A DNA stretch of 35,716 nucleotides from Bipalium vagum. Lineage: Eukaryota. The position numbers and the translations under genes were made by a program. Location: positions 1-35,716 of the forward strand of contig JBBMKC010201716.1 of NCBI GenBank assembly GCA_037834085.1. Direction: 5' to 3'. The notes beneath the pieces were generated by a model. It saw only the letters and a list, made by a program, of their open reading frames with translations, was not told the DNA's origin and searched no databases. This document shows, in pieces, positions 22,061 through 35,639 of this stretch. Position 1 is the first letter of the stretch. Each line of letters opens with the position of its first letter.

Positions 22061-23639
22061 TTCTAAATCCATTTGAAAAAAAAACTATTTAATTAACTAT
22101 TTAAAAAATTTTTTAAAAATTTTCTTTTCAATACATTAATTTTTTAATATTTTTAATTAATTAATTATTATATTCTACAGATATTAAAATATTATATATC
22201 AAAATTATAATAATAATATAATATTAATATAAATAAATATACAATATAAGTTTCATATAAATGATTAGAAAAATAAACAAACTTATCATTAATATTAACA
22301 ATACAAAAATTTTACTGAGAATTATTACGATTATCTAAGTGCGTAATAAAAGTAACATTGCACATTATTGTTTTTTATACTTAATTACCATTATCCTATT
22401 AATTATCATTTTATTGTTATTTTTATAATAGACTATCTACTTAATTATGTTCTGAATGAATATAATTCTTCAATTTAACATGCTGTAATCACGTATTGAA
22501 AGGGAAACTGCAACGAAACAATCAATGATTTCCATCAGAGTTTTAATTGGGATTGCTTATCAAAAATATTTAATTAGTGTTATATTAAGTAAATAAAATT
22601 ATAAATGTCAAGAAATACCTACAATTGTATGTCAGACTTTTTGATCATATTTTTAAACCTAAAGTGTTTACATAATCATCAATTAACTCATTATACAACA
22701 TTCTTTTTTAACCATTACTTATTTACATCTTTTTAATTTAATCTAGCTGGGTTAAAAATATAAACCAACTTTAAATTATCTTCAATTCTTAGCACAAAAT
22801 TACTAGAACGATTACACGTAAACGTTCGAAAGAAAAATGAAAAGCTTTAAAAATAATAAATAAAATTGCATAATTCATTTTTAAAGTATAGGCTGATGGA
22901 TATGTGAAATCTTCGTATTAATACCAAACTCGGATTAGAAGACTTTACTTACATCTATAACTATAAGACGCTAATAAATTTGTTCATCAATCTGTATCAT
23001 TGTACTTTTATAGGACCTGTAATAGTTAGAAGTACCAATGTCTTTTGCTACCAAGTACGTCTATTAGTACGCGATTAAATCGGATACTCCATTGGAACTT
23101 CTTCCCAATGGTTCATTGAAACTTTGTCATTAAAGCAAAGATTAGTAATCTAGCACTCCGATTTCGTCCCTTTAATTTAGTAAGACATCAAAGCGTGTTT
23201 TGTAGATGAGCCAATCAGGCGAAATATCAAGACTAATTGCTGAGTTGAGACTTCGGATCTGATCAACCATATTCTTTTGGACGTTTAATCTCACCATGAA
23301 CCGACTGAAGATTGATCAGGGAACTAGATAGAGAAGAAGAGTCACAACCTTGTAGAAGATCCCATATGGTTGATCTCCATCGGTTCTGTGGCCTGATGCT
23401 CTCACTGGTGATATCCCGATGTTAGCTTAGATCTTATAAATATGATAATGAGAAAAATTCAAAATCAAAAGCAGAAGACAAATAACTACGGATGAGAATA
23501 TCAGAAATCAATCAAAACGAAGAAAAACTACTTTTATGCTGTGATATAATGTGATAAAATTAATAAATCGTAATAAATTATTTCCTGAAATATTTGAGAA
23601 ATAATTAAAATAAACAATATTTTTACAAAAGAAATATGT

Positions 23640-23725
23640 ACATATTTATTTCCCACCGCTTCGCAGTGTTTGCTCCCATCTTTTGGGAAACATATGGATT
23701 TCAATTTGAAAGAAATCCTTCTAGC
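23640..23725 (-). mobile_element. Mariner C-terminal fragment
   Basis: KDFFQIEIHMFPKRWEQTLRSGGK (cf. FF..GI..LP.RWE.V..S.G.Y). Confidence 0.65.
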
Positions 23726-23729
23726 TTCA

Positions 23730-23865
23730 TACCTATAATCACCGTGTAATCACAAATCTAAAGTTTCAATGGAAAAATTTTAAAAGTTGCACTTGAATTA
23801 GTTCCACATCCGCCCTATTCTCCAGATCTTGCTCCACCAATTTTTTCTGTTTTTCTGTTCCAAAC
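23730..23865 (+). mobile_element. Mariner catalytic fragment
   Basis: HKSKVSMEKF...ELVPHPPYSPDLAP, containing the exact mariner YSPDLAP motif. Confidence 0.85.
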
Positions 23866-24459
23866 AATAAATTTATATGAATCCTGCGCTTGTCCCCGTG
23901 GCTAATCCGAATGTTTTTATGGTGTGGTAAGATGTAGCTTTCAGGTGTTTCTTGGTCTTTTTTATCGTTTGATTTGAAACGTATTTAAATTTTTATATAT
24001 ACATAACAATGAAAATAGATTTTATATATTACTATATATTATTTTTTTTATATATTATTATATAGTTTATATATAGTTATACTTATAAAATTTTTAAAAA
24101 TGATAAAATTTGTTTGTAAAAATCATATTTTGATAAAAAAGATGATCGTACATTTGTTGTAACACTTTCTATTGATAATCTACGTATATATTAAATTATT
24201 TTACATATATTTCTATATTTAGTAACATTGATACTTCCATACTTATTTTGATATTTAGTTTTCTTTGCAGTATTTTTCAATAAAAAATAATTAATTAATT
24301 AATTTTAATTAAAGAGAACGAATGAAAATGTTTTTAATGTATATTTAAATTTACATCATAAAAATCTGTTTTAATAAAAATAAAATGTTTTATTCACAAC
24401 ACAAGAATAAAACAAATATTCGATACACACAGAAAAGAATGTTGTTTCATGAAAAATTT

Positions 24460-24770
24460 TAGACCAGATTTCTGGTTTTATAGAGAATTAAGATTATGAC
24501 GATGGGAGTCTCCTCAAACTCATAAATAATAGATTTATTCCAGATACAATTCAGTGATACTTGAATAAAGTTGTGTCATGTTCAATGATCTGAAAACTAA
24601 TAACAGTATCAATGTTTTCTTCAGCATCAGATATCGACAGACGTCTTCATTCCTCGCATAAAGAGTTACACCAACATTGGAATTTTTAAAATCGCCGATA
24701 AAATGTGGTTTTGGATTGCGCCTCACTCGAAAATTTCAATTTTAAACCACCCAGACATTATGAATCTTTT
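24460..24770 (-). mobile_element. Mariner N-terminal fragment, heavily decayed
   Basis: LKLKFSSEAQSKTTFYRRF*KFQCWCNSLCEE...EENIDTV (cf. FGDEAPSKTTVYRWF.EF.RGR.SL.DE...ENIDAV). Confidence 0.7.
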
Positions 24771-25791
24771 ATTCCACAATTAACATAAGAGAGAAAAATA
24801 AGTCTTGAATTTCTTTTCTTTTTCATAATTTTTTTTCTAAAAACAAACTTCAGTGATTATTCCAACAAAAATATATTTTAATTTGCAATTGTTTTTCTTT
24901 AACATTAATGCTTTGCAATTATATAAATTTTTAAGGCATTTTTTAATGCCCATTCCGGAAAATTTCCGACTGACCAGATTAATAAAATGAAAAAGAGCCA
25001 GACATCCCATGGCAAAAATCAAGTTTCATTTCCCCCCTTTCAAAAAACAGTTGGAAAAAGTAACATCATTATCTTCAGAATTATTGGGAAAAACATTTAA
25101 GGAAGAGATTGAAATTATGGAATGATAAAGGGAATTAATATTAAAAGTTCATTAATTTACGTTATTAATTTAATTATTAAAATATATTATTTTCTTTTTT
25201 AGAATGACGAGATCTTGAAATACGATCCTAAATTCACTGATTTAAAGGTGGGATCATAAAAAAAGAATTATTTTAGGTTTGTTTTTAAATTTATTTTAAT
25301 CATTAATTTTATTTTGACGAACTTCACTTAAACAGTTTACACATTGTAAATTGATTTACGAAATAATTGATATAAATATCAATATTATTTTTCATTTTTG
25401 TCGTCTTAAAATGAGTTCACCACACTATTTTAAAATATCAAATTTTTTACTTATACAATTAAAAAATGTATTTATTTTCCTCTTAAAGTATCGAAATATA
25501 ATATGAATTTCATCCAGTTAAGTTGAAACACTTCAGTCAAAACACTTGCATTGTGTTTCTATATTTATTTTTTCATATGTAAGAAAATATTAACCTTGTT
25601 TTTTATTGAATATAATAATATTATTCTTTTCTTATAATAACTGTAAAATTTAATTGAACTTTAACAAGTTTTAAAATTGTAGGAGAAATACTCTGAGACA
25701 GACTAAGCATTACTATTAGAAATTAAGACGAAAATATTGAACCGATAATATTATGTATAATTTTAATGTTTTTAATATAAATGTAGTAAAA

Positions 25792-27940
25792 CTCGGAGAG
25801 AAGAGAAGGCAAAGAGTTTAAGAATTTGTTTCTGACACCCATGTTTCTCTTGTATCCGGAACTTAAGCAATAAGTCGAATCAAAGAGAAACTAATACAAC
25901 AATACAATAATTTTATTGTAAACCAAAATAATTTGTGATCTTTGACTGTAATGTGCAAGAGTAGATATTTTCCATCATTCTATTTTCTGCAGTATTAAAT
26001 TCCTATTATTCAGGTCCGAGTTCCACATTGTAATATAATCGTAGCTTTTCAAGTACTTTAATAACTTGTTTGGAGGTTCAATTTTGACTGCAGTTGACAA
26101 CACATTTCTTGTCTTGTTTGAAGGTATCTTGTCAATATAGGAATCTATATTATTTTTCTATATATCTAATAGTCACTCAAAAAGTATCGTTATATAATAA
26201 TAATCTTTCACAAAAGGAGTTTAATTGTAATTTGTGAAATTTTATTGTCCAATACATTCGAGTCTTTTATGTATCTAATGCTTCTCTCTTATAAGTAATG
26301 CTTTCCAATTTCAAAGCTTCAAATGGGTGATTTGAGTATTTCTTAAAACGCATAACATATTGCTTTGATCACTTTCAAGAAATAGAATTAAAATTGATAA
26401 TCCGGTTATGTCGAACTGGAATCAATGTTTGCAAAATATTAAGGATAGGAGTAACCTCACATTTTAAATTCTGATGAAACTTGCTTATTCTGATTTTGAC
26501 AATCTCTATAAAGTCTGTTTATAAAAGCAGATAAAACAAAAATGATTAGCATAAAGTTTGTGTTCTTTTTTCTGCAGTCAGGTAATAATTTAGACATTTA
26601 ATAATTTCCAAAGCATTTATGTCTAGAAATTCTAATATAGTTCTTCCAAATGATATTTTTTGGTGTTTGATATAGTTAGGGTAGTTTGATAACTCTTTTC
26701 TAACTCAACAGTAAACTCCAATAAAATTAATTAAGAGAACGAGGCTGTGTGTAAAAGATATTTATATTTATATTATCATATATTTTTATAGGATAATAAT
26801 TAATTAAAATCTTTACAAATTGATATGGTTCTTGACCTTTTAAAAGTTGTTTAGTTTTTATTTAAAGTTCATATGATTATCAATTATAGATTAGCCTGGA
26901 TGATCTCAGAAAAGATTATAGATTATCTCCTAATTGTGTTACGGTCTGATTTTTGGACAAAAGCGTGTTAATACTTTATTTGACTCTTGAGTGAGGGTTT
27001 AATTTAAAGTGGATTTTATATTCCTGCTGGTAAATGTGTATTTTTTAAAGAAACGGTATTAGATTTTCATATATAATTTAATTTGAGTACAGTCAAAAAA
27101 CTAACAATTTTCTAACGAATTTGCTATGTAATTGATTATAACTAAAAAATAAAAAAACTTATATTTACTTGATTTTTTGTGAAATGAATACCTTTTTGCT
27201 TTGGGTCTTATACTAGCGAGTACAGTACTTGTTTGCTTCTCTGGTGCATTAACAAATATTGCTTCAAATAGATAATTATTCTTGAGAATCCTTCGTACTG
27301 CTGAATTGGTTGACTTTGTTAAAGTCATTTGCCAGTGAAATGGCTTAGTATGCAATAAAAAAGTGTATTCATTTATTTCTTAGGTCTTGGTTCTATATCC
27401 AAAATTTTTAGCAACTTGTTGGTTACTGAATATAATTTAAAAGTTAGGGTACTTCTGCTAATTGTCATCATGTCAACCAAAATAATTGAACTAAATAAGG
27501 TTGTGAGATTTGTAAAATGTATTCGATATTACAATTGACGACTTTATTGAAAAACTTTCAACCTCTATGGTTTTAGATTTTCGGATAAGTTATCTGAACG
27601 ATTAGTGGTAATCTAGTTAAGTACTGAGGAAAGCTGAGTCTTCGCCTAATAGTGTTGAGACTCTGAGCTGGTATCAAGGAGGAGATCTATTTGATCCTCA
27701 ATCTGGCAAACACAGTACCTCTTGAGTATTTATTTTTTTAATTAATAGATAATTCAACTTTCCTGCTAAATAAAACTTAAGGAGACTTGAAATAATAATT
27801 AATTAATTAATTAATTAATTATTATCAGAATAATCAGATTGCCATCTTGTGTTAAATCAGTTATTATTGATTCTTGTCTTTTTTACTTTTTTCGCTTTTT
27901 CTCCGGTCTTGAGTGTTTTTGTTGTTATTATTCCTCAACA
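25792..27940 (-). mobile_element. Possible highly eroded LTR-retrotransposon remnants (pol traces plus LTR-like ends)
   Basis: Short traces KISFGRTILEFL (RT-like), KTRMYW and TSKQVIKVLEKL...EF (integrase-like) occur in Gypsy order. LTR-like starts are TGTAGTAAAAC (25792, +) and TGTTGAGG (27940, -). There is no long ORF, and the region may be several unrelated pieces. Confidence 0.35.
27796..27821. repeat. (TAAT)n microsatellite
   Basis: About six tandem TAAT units. Confidence 0.9.
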
Positions 27941-28679
27941 ATATTATTTTCGCATATAAATAGAAAACCGTAGATTGCAGCTAAATTATATATGGGTTAC
28001 TTTGAATATATTATGACAAAAACCGGAAAGTTTTATTAATCGTAGTCAATGCTCCATGATATTCAGATATTGATTTATCTTATATTTATTATTTATTGAT
28101 TAATAAAACCTTAAAAGATTAATTCTAGTAAATCTACAACAATTTTTTATTACAAAAATTGTCAAAAATACTTTCTGTATTTATTGATTTAATATATTAT
28201 GTCTACAAGTTCAAAAGATGCCTATTTACTAATTGACTACAAAATTTCTTTTCTTAAATGAGTAAATTTAAAACTAATTATAATCGCTAATTAATATATA
28301 TTAATATATAATCTCTTTGTTTTAATATTACAAACAAATAGCAAAAATTCAAATGACATCACAAAAAATTTATCTCAGGCATATTATATTTGCCTTTCAA
28401 TTGAAAAGAGCGGTATATGATGTTATAGATATGGTATAAAACCAACGTTAAGAATTTTTTAAAGGTAAATAAAATTATTTACTTAGATTTTAAATCAATG
28501 CAGTTAAAATATTTTTAAAATGTAATTTATTTATTTAGATTTATAGGATTAAGATCAGATTTTAATATTACTAAATTAAATTATTTGACATTATAAGGTT
28601 ATTACGAATTGTTATAATATTTTTTGTGTTTTAAGTTTAACAGTAAGTATTTGTGCTTAAATTTCTGTTTTACATAAAT

Positions 28680-28930
28680 ATACAATGAGAAATAAAACAT
28701 CAACAAAATGGTTTAGTCGATTCCTAAGCGGAAATTTGAATCTTTCAGATGCTAAATGCTCTGTCAATAAATAAAGTTGAAGATAAGGATCTATAGAATT
28801 TTTTAATGAAAATCCATGGGAAACCTATCCTTTTTGGGTTTGAACGTTCTTCCTTATGCGGCTCACCAATCTGAAACGGAGGCATTAGATTATTTATTCA
28901 AGTATTTCAACATTACCTTGACTGATTCGC
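28680..28930 (+). mobile_element. Internally deleted mariner fragment
   Basis: KTSTKWFSRFLSGNLNLSDAKCS joined to LGLNVLPYAAHQSETEALDY (cf. WF.RF.SG...L.D..RSG and LGWEVLPHPAYSPDLAPSDY). Confidence 0.65.
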
Positions 28931-30479
28931 AGTTAAATTTAAAACTTCAATATATATAGTGAAATAACCAAAAAATATTTAAGAAATTTTCTAAGAAATA
29001 GATTGAAACGAAACTAGAAGTTGTACATTAAAAATTATTATATTATTAAATTTATATAATAATATATTAAAAGGTTTTTAATTCTGAAAATATAAACTTA
29101 AAAAACTGAAATATTACAAATGTAAAAAATATATTTTTAATGAAAAATAAAAATTGAATTAATTTTTTTAAATGGATTAATTAAAGTCATTTTTTGAGTA
29201 ATTTGAGCTTAATAAAATAATTTTTGTAATATTATTAAGTAGAAAACCCAGAAAAGTTGCAATTATAAAAATGATAACTTACTATTAAATAAAACAATAC
29301 TTGTAAAGAGAAAAGTTTCTTATTAAAAGTAATACCGTAATAATCCATAAAATTAAATTAATATTTAATAGAATTTGGATTAATTTTTCACAGCACATGG
29401 TCGAAAGTCGCTTCAAGAGTAATATGAGTAAAATAAAATATTATTTTATATTATTCATTAATACTTTTATTAATGAAAATAAAATTTATTTTTAATATTA
29501 GATATAATCTTTAGAAAATAAACGCTCCTTATCAACTATTACTATACACTTATTTCTTTCCTCAATTTTTAGGAAATTATTAATTCGATCAGCAACGACG
29601 ATTAAATATTGATATTTAAAAAAATAAAAATATTGCAATATATAAAGGAAAAATTTTGGCATTGTTCAACGATTTTCTGTTTCCCATTGCAAAGTAAATT
29701 TATATATTTGTATTTTTTCATAAAATTTATTTTTATTGAAAAATTATAATTTATATTGTTCCTCAATGCCGACTACGCTGAGATACATTATGAGAAGAAT
29801 AAAAAATTCAAATAAATCGAGATAATAAATGAACCCCTAGGTAAATAAGAAAATATTAATATTTCTTAGAGATGAAAATAATTAGGAGAAATTAATTTAT
29901 TTTTGAAAGAACGATTTCTATAATATACGATTTCCAATTTGTTAATATTAATTATAATTATTAAAATAATTTCCGAAATCTGATAAATTTAAATAAATGA
30001 GGTGGATGAAAAATTTGCATTTTTCACTTAAATAAATACAGCGAATTTTGCAAATATATTATTTATTTTTATTATTAATTATAATCAGTAAGATATTAAT
30101 GTCTCAGGTGAGCAGAGTATCAGGTTAATAAAGTCTTAAAAACGAATTTGAATCCATACTTCGTTCATAAGGTAAATCAATATGTTTGTTGAGAATAAAT
30201 TAAGAGAAATCAAAAGAATAAAGAATGGATTTACAGAGATATCGATTAATTCTTAACTGACACTTATCAATATATTTTCAGATCAGTTTTCGATTTGTTT
30301 TACTACGAGTACCTAAAATCACATTCGTGACTATTGCAGCCTGCTTTAAAATTTCTTTTTCATTTAAACTAATTAATTATAAAATATTTTTCATTTATTT
30401 CTTTTATGAATTTCTTTTAAATACGAAAATCGTAAAACATAATTACAATTATTGTTTAAGATATTTACAATTTTTGTTT

Positions 30480-30700
30480 ATTCAAGATGACGCACATGTT
30501 GTCAGCCGGCATAAAAGATTTTCTGATATTTAGTATGACACACACTTTCCAAGCTTCTGAAGTTTTCACTTTTCGTGTAACCGTCTGCTAACAGTTTGTT
30601 GGTCTACTTTCAGTTATTTGGCGAGTTTTACTTGTAATTGGGCAGTAATCTCACTCAGTGGTTTTCAGATTCCAGTTGTTGGTGATGTCTCATCATCAAG
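30480..30700 (-). mobile_element. Mariner second HTH/linker fragment
   Basis: AQLQVKLAK*LKVDQQTVSRRLHEK*KLQKLGKCVSY*ISEN..RLTTCASS (cf. ELA..L.V.QQTIS.RLH.MGKIQK.GKWVPHELSE). Confidence 0.8.
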
Positions 30701-30719
30701 AACTCTTAACTTTGATATT

Positions 30720-31150
30720 AAAAATATTTTGATTCATCACTAAAGATTATATAATTCCAATCGACAGTGAAATGCTAATTCTTGTGGTGTTATTGGATAA
30801 TGTCTTTCTTAAACATTGCTTTGGACGGTATGAGTGCTGACCAATACTATTCAATCGTCGATATGTAGTGATAATGGACACCTCTTTCTGAAGATCATTT
30901 TTCAATTTTATGGTGAGTATAAATCGGTCTCTTGCAGCTAGAATATGAAGTTGTCTATCTTCATAATCCTTGGGACTACGATCTTTTCTGCTACAACTGG
31001 AACGGTGCATATCTTGCATATGTCCATAAATAGTGAAATTTTTTCCAAGTGTTTGGTGATATCTTGGATACGTATTTCACTTTCATGAAGTTTTAGTATT
31101 AAACATCCTTTAAGATTCGTTTGTCTTATTCCACTCTACTCGTATTGCTA
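30720..31150 (-). mobile_element. Tc1-family N-terminal half
   Basis: LILKLHESEIRIQDITKHL; EDRQLHILAARDRF...VSIITTYRRLNSIGQHSYRP; DWNYIIFSDESKI (first catalytic D). Confidence 0.82.
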
Positions 31151-32510
31151 AATGTCATATGGGAGCTTGAAATGTTGCTCAAACAAAAATATGGATATCT
31201 GATTAAATTAGATTGATTTAAATTAAATAATTCGGATTCAATTCATTGAGACAAGAAATGGCGCGTTTTTAATATTATATTATATTTTTTAGTGCGAAAT
31301 TTTCTTTTTTTTCATTTTTATATTAAACATTCAAAATAGAAAAATTTATTTTTAATATAAAAGATAGAATTATTTGCAGAATTTTCAGTGTAAAATTTCA
31401 CTTGGATGTCGTGGTCATAGTATGATTAAGTGCCTAATAAAGGAAGGAGACCGAGAAATTTATTATTTCAACTATAGAAATTAATATTTATTTAATTTCA
31501 AAAATGATTTATGTCACGAAATTCTAATATTATTAATATTTTTTGTGGTATATTTGAACGAAAATTTTAATAAGAATCAAAGTTAAATTAAATTTAAGTT
31601 TATTAATAAAATTGACTATTGGTCACAATATAGAAAGTAAAATAATAACAATTCATCTTTTCTTTATCAATTCTATATACTGTATATTAGAAATAAAAAA
31701 TCTCACATCATATCTAAGATTAATTATAATATAAATAATAATTCTATTGTATAAATTTTATTATTATAATAATGAATTTATTACATTTATTAATAATTTT
31801 TTTTTTAAATTTTATTTTAAAATAAAGAAAAAATGAATACACAAAATAATTTGACTGTTTTATTTTTTATTTTAAAATTTCATAAAAGAAATCAGACTCG
31901 TGAAATATGTATTTTATTTAAGATGTATTTATTTATTATATTTATTTATTATATGTATTTTTTATTTATTTATGCTATTTTTTGTATTTATTTATTTGCT
32001 TAATCATATCATAAAATATCAACTTAATTTTTTAGCTAACAAGAAACATAAATGAGTTAACCATAAAATTTATCTTAAAGCTCACTATATTTGTAGACGA
32101 TTTTAAAAGAATCAATTCAATTAAAAAGTCGCCGATCGGTATGGAAAAAATCACGAAAGAAATTTAAAATATTAAGCAAAAACAGTTTAAAAATCCAGTT
32201 CATTTCCAAATAAAAATCAATACAATTAAGAAAAACATCGATTATTTACCTTCACAATATTTATATGATTGAGACTGGAATATAATTTTATAATATTTCT
32301 TTATTTCCTGGGTAAAAATCAATCTCTCTACCAAGAAACAATGAATATGAAAGTGAAAAATACTTGGGAAGATAGGTTACACATCTCAGACTCAAATAAC
32401 TTTGATATAACCTAAAATATTAGATTGTTAGAGATAAAAGTTGGCTATATTTGTTATTTATTTTTAAATCCTTTGTTAAAAATTGATTGGTTGATGACTA
32501 ATTTAATAAA

Positions 32511-33585
32511 CACGATATGTCTAAAAAGCCTTGTAAGTGACTCAGTAAATAGACTATTTTTAGAAAATTGGAATCAATTTTATAATCACTAAAATCAACG
32601 TTGTGATGTTCGACTTTTTTTCTTAATGAGAAAAATTGTGTGGGAAACACATCAAATGTTAATCAAAGCTTATGAAGATAATACAATGACGGAAAGAAAT
32701 GTATACAGATGGTTTACGTCTTTTAAAAAATGTATTACTAACAGTGGTTGCCAAAGAACGATATTGACTCCCAAATGAGGAAAATAACGAATAAAATGTG
32801 AAAAAGGTTCATCTAGTTGGGCTTGAAGACCGTCGTAAAGTTTTCAGACTACTGGCAAATGAGATTGAAATATGTAAAAGCAGTGTGCACACAATATTGA
32901 CAGAAAAATATGGAGAAAAAAGCTTGCAGCCCGCGAAGTCCCCTCTGTTGATCAGTAAAAGACTAGACAAAAAAATTGTGAGGAATTTCTAGAAGCTGGT
33001 GAACTTTCATTGTCACTGTTGATGAAACTTGGGTCCTTGCTTACGAGCCAGAAACCAAATAGCAAAGCATGGAATAGTGATGGAAATTTTAACCACCAAA
33101 AAATTGCACGAATGTCAAAGTCCTAAATGAAAAAAATGCTTATCACCTTTTTTAATATTGAAGGTTTAATTCACTACTAATTTGTTCCTGTAGGTTAAAC
33201 TGTCTACCAATATGTTTACAACGATGTTCTCATGAAATTATTTGAAGAATTAAGAAAAGACCAGATTTGTAGCAATCAAGGGAGTTCCATATTCTATACG
33301 AAAATGCCAGAATTCATGCGTGGTTATTTATCAATGATTTCTTGTCAAAATGGCACGTTACAATTATGCCATATGCACCATAATCTCCATATCAACATGC
33401 GATTTTTTTCTTTTAGGGAAATGAAAAGGAGTATTCCCACCACTGTTGATGAGATTAAAGAAGAAATAGCTTGAAATCTAAAATCTGTCAAACCTGATGA
33501 GTTAGAAGGATGTTTTCGATCCCTAGTAAAAATGTGGAGACAGTGTTTTGGTTGTAATGGTGATTATTTGAAGGTGATAAATAAT
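32511..33585 (+). mobile_element. Near-full-length decayed mariner transposase
   Basis: ETHQMLIKAYEDNTMTERNVYRWF; LEDRRKVFRLLANEIEICKSSVHTILTE; IVTVDETWVLAYEPETK; MLITFFNIEGLIHY*FVPVG*TV; CFRSLVKMWRQCFGCNGDY/EGDK*. Many stops and frameshifts. Confidence 0.92.
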
Positions 33586-33639
33586 GTTTTAACTATAAAA
33601 GTTTTAATTGTTAATTTTTGATTTAAAACCTTTTGAATG

Positions 33640-33940
33640 AATTTTGCGTCATTATCTTTTACAAGTTTAAGCATCGTCATAATGCATATGAAATAACATT
33701 AGTTATCATCAAAACCTGGGGAAAATATTTTTTTGTGGAATGCATATGTCAGATGATATCAGCTTGAACATCAAAATCAAGTATACCAAAGTCTAAAATG
33801 GATGATGATCAATATAAGTAGTTAGTGGAATCAACTACGCAAATAACAGTGAGAAACTGCAGAAAAGGAAAACGTAAGCATATTAACTGATTTACATTTC
33901 ATTGAAAAATTAAAACAACAAATCAAAGTTGCTCTGTGAC
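33640..33940 (+). mobile_element. Mariner N-terminal fragment (different family from its neighbour)
   Basis: KFKHRHNAYEITLVIIKTWG and MDDDQYK*LVESTTQITVR (cf. EFKLGH.A.E....I...WG and DDD.L...VE.....TVRELA). Confidence 0.65.
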
Positions 33941-34369
33941 AAATAGATTTAAAATTTTATTTTATTCTTGTCTTTATTTATGAAACCTAGAGTTACACAT
34001 TTGATGTATAGCTGTATTTTGGTTTATTTATACAACATTATCTTATCAGTATTATTATTCTTTTTATTATTATTACACTTACTATTAATATTATTTTTTT
34101 TACAATTATCACATATTATATTTATAATATCTATAATTCTGAATACATTAATTTTTCTTATATTCTTTTTTCTTTATTCTATCTTTCTCTTATTTAATAA
34201 CCATTTAGAGTCTACAAGATTAGCGTGAACAGGAAGGCCAACTCAAATACAAAATACATATCAGCAATATCTAAACCAAACGAAGAATATATTAACTCAC
34301 ATTTTCCTCAAAAGAGGAGATTTAAGTAGTTATTTTGTATACACACTAAAATTATAAGATGATTGGGTC

Positions 34370-34990
34370 TTATATATTAGGTGTTCAAATAAATATTCAA
34401 AATTTTTGGAATTGTGTATAACACGAGGCATTCTGCATTGACCTAAATAAATGATAATCAGTTGGAGTAATGTCTGGTGAACATGCTGGATGCTCCAAGT
34501 TTTATCAACCAAGCTTCAATATGTCTTTGAAGCTATATGTGACCTAGCCTAGTCAGCAACAATGTCACAGGTCGTTTTCCATTCTTATTAAACTGGTGTC
34601 TTAACTATAAATGTTGACTCAACCGGATAAATTGGTTTTTGTAGCGATTGACTGTAATTGTTTCACCGACTTCCAACCACTCCTAGTATATCATGCCATT
34701 AATATTCTATCAAATGGAGACAATTATTTTTTCCGAAACGATTTTCACTGGCGACCGATATTGATGGTTCTCCAGGATACACCAATGAATTTTTACTTTT
34801 CGGTTTTCATATTGAATCCATTTCTCATATCCCGTTATGACATTTGATGCTGTCTATTAAGGAAAGAAAGACATTGCCATTCTTGATTTTTATTGGATTG
34901 AGTAACCGTAACCCGTGTTAGACACTGCTGGACCGAAATTTTTTAACATTTCTGATTGATCTTCTAGAAAACCTGATGTCATATTAATGA
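34370..34990 (-). mobile_element. Decayed mariner (DD34D) catalytic domain
   Basis: VITGYEKWIQYEN; GMIY*EWLEVGETITVNRYKNQFIRL; LEHPACSPDITPTDYHLFRSMQNA. Confidence 0.88.
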
Positions 34991-35639
34991 AAAGTAACAC
35001 AATATATCATTATCCTCAAAATGGTAATTTTTAGATAATTTTTTCCGAAAATATAATTGATTGATAATTTTTCAGGATAATATTTTATTTATTTATATTT
35101 ATTCATTAAATAATAAAATAACTTTGAATACAGAAAATCTTTTTAAAAAATAACCAATAATTAAAAATCTGATATATTCTTTGAAAAAATTAAACAATTT
35201 CTCAACTGTCACCAACAATAAAAATTCCAAATAAAAAGAGGAGAAAATGTCATTTGAAATTAAATCAGTGAACATCAAGCAATAAGTTCCCCAGAAAATG
35301 ATGGCGAATCTGTGGAATACAATTTCAGAAATCAATATATAATAATTAATACCAATACTGTTGCACCAAATTCAGTATGAATGTCGCAGTGTTACGAATG
35401 GCAAGGGGAAATATTTTGCCTCAAAAAATAAACATTTAAATTTATGCACTATTATATTAAGTGTATTGTATATTATTATTATTATTTAAGTTTTACATTT
35501 TCTGAAAATATTTTGCCCATGAAAACACGTACATTTGTTTACGACCTCAATCAAGGATTTGTAGAAACTAAATATGATTAAATATAATTGCAATTCTAAA
35601 TTAGAGCAAATGTGAAAAAACAAATCTCAATGAAATAAC

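Noticed and set aside
31405-31460. tRNA/SINE-like A-box (GTGGTCATAGTATGATTAAG)
   Set aside because: No B-box and no cloverleaf.
33968-34228. Hydrophobic 86-aa ORF, and similar short ORFs at 13742, 24837, 30327 and 35099
   Set aside because: The F/L/I-rich composition is explained by T-rich low-complexity DNA, with no family motifs.
35250-35430. Possible Tc1 C-terminus (LWNTISEI...CRSVTNGKGKY)
   Set aside because: The similarity is too weak without a catalytic motif, so it is left unannotated.
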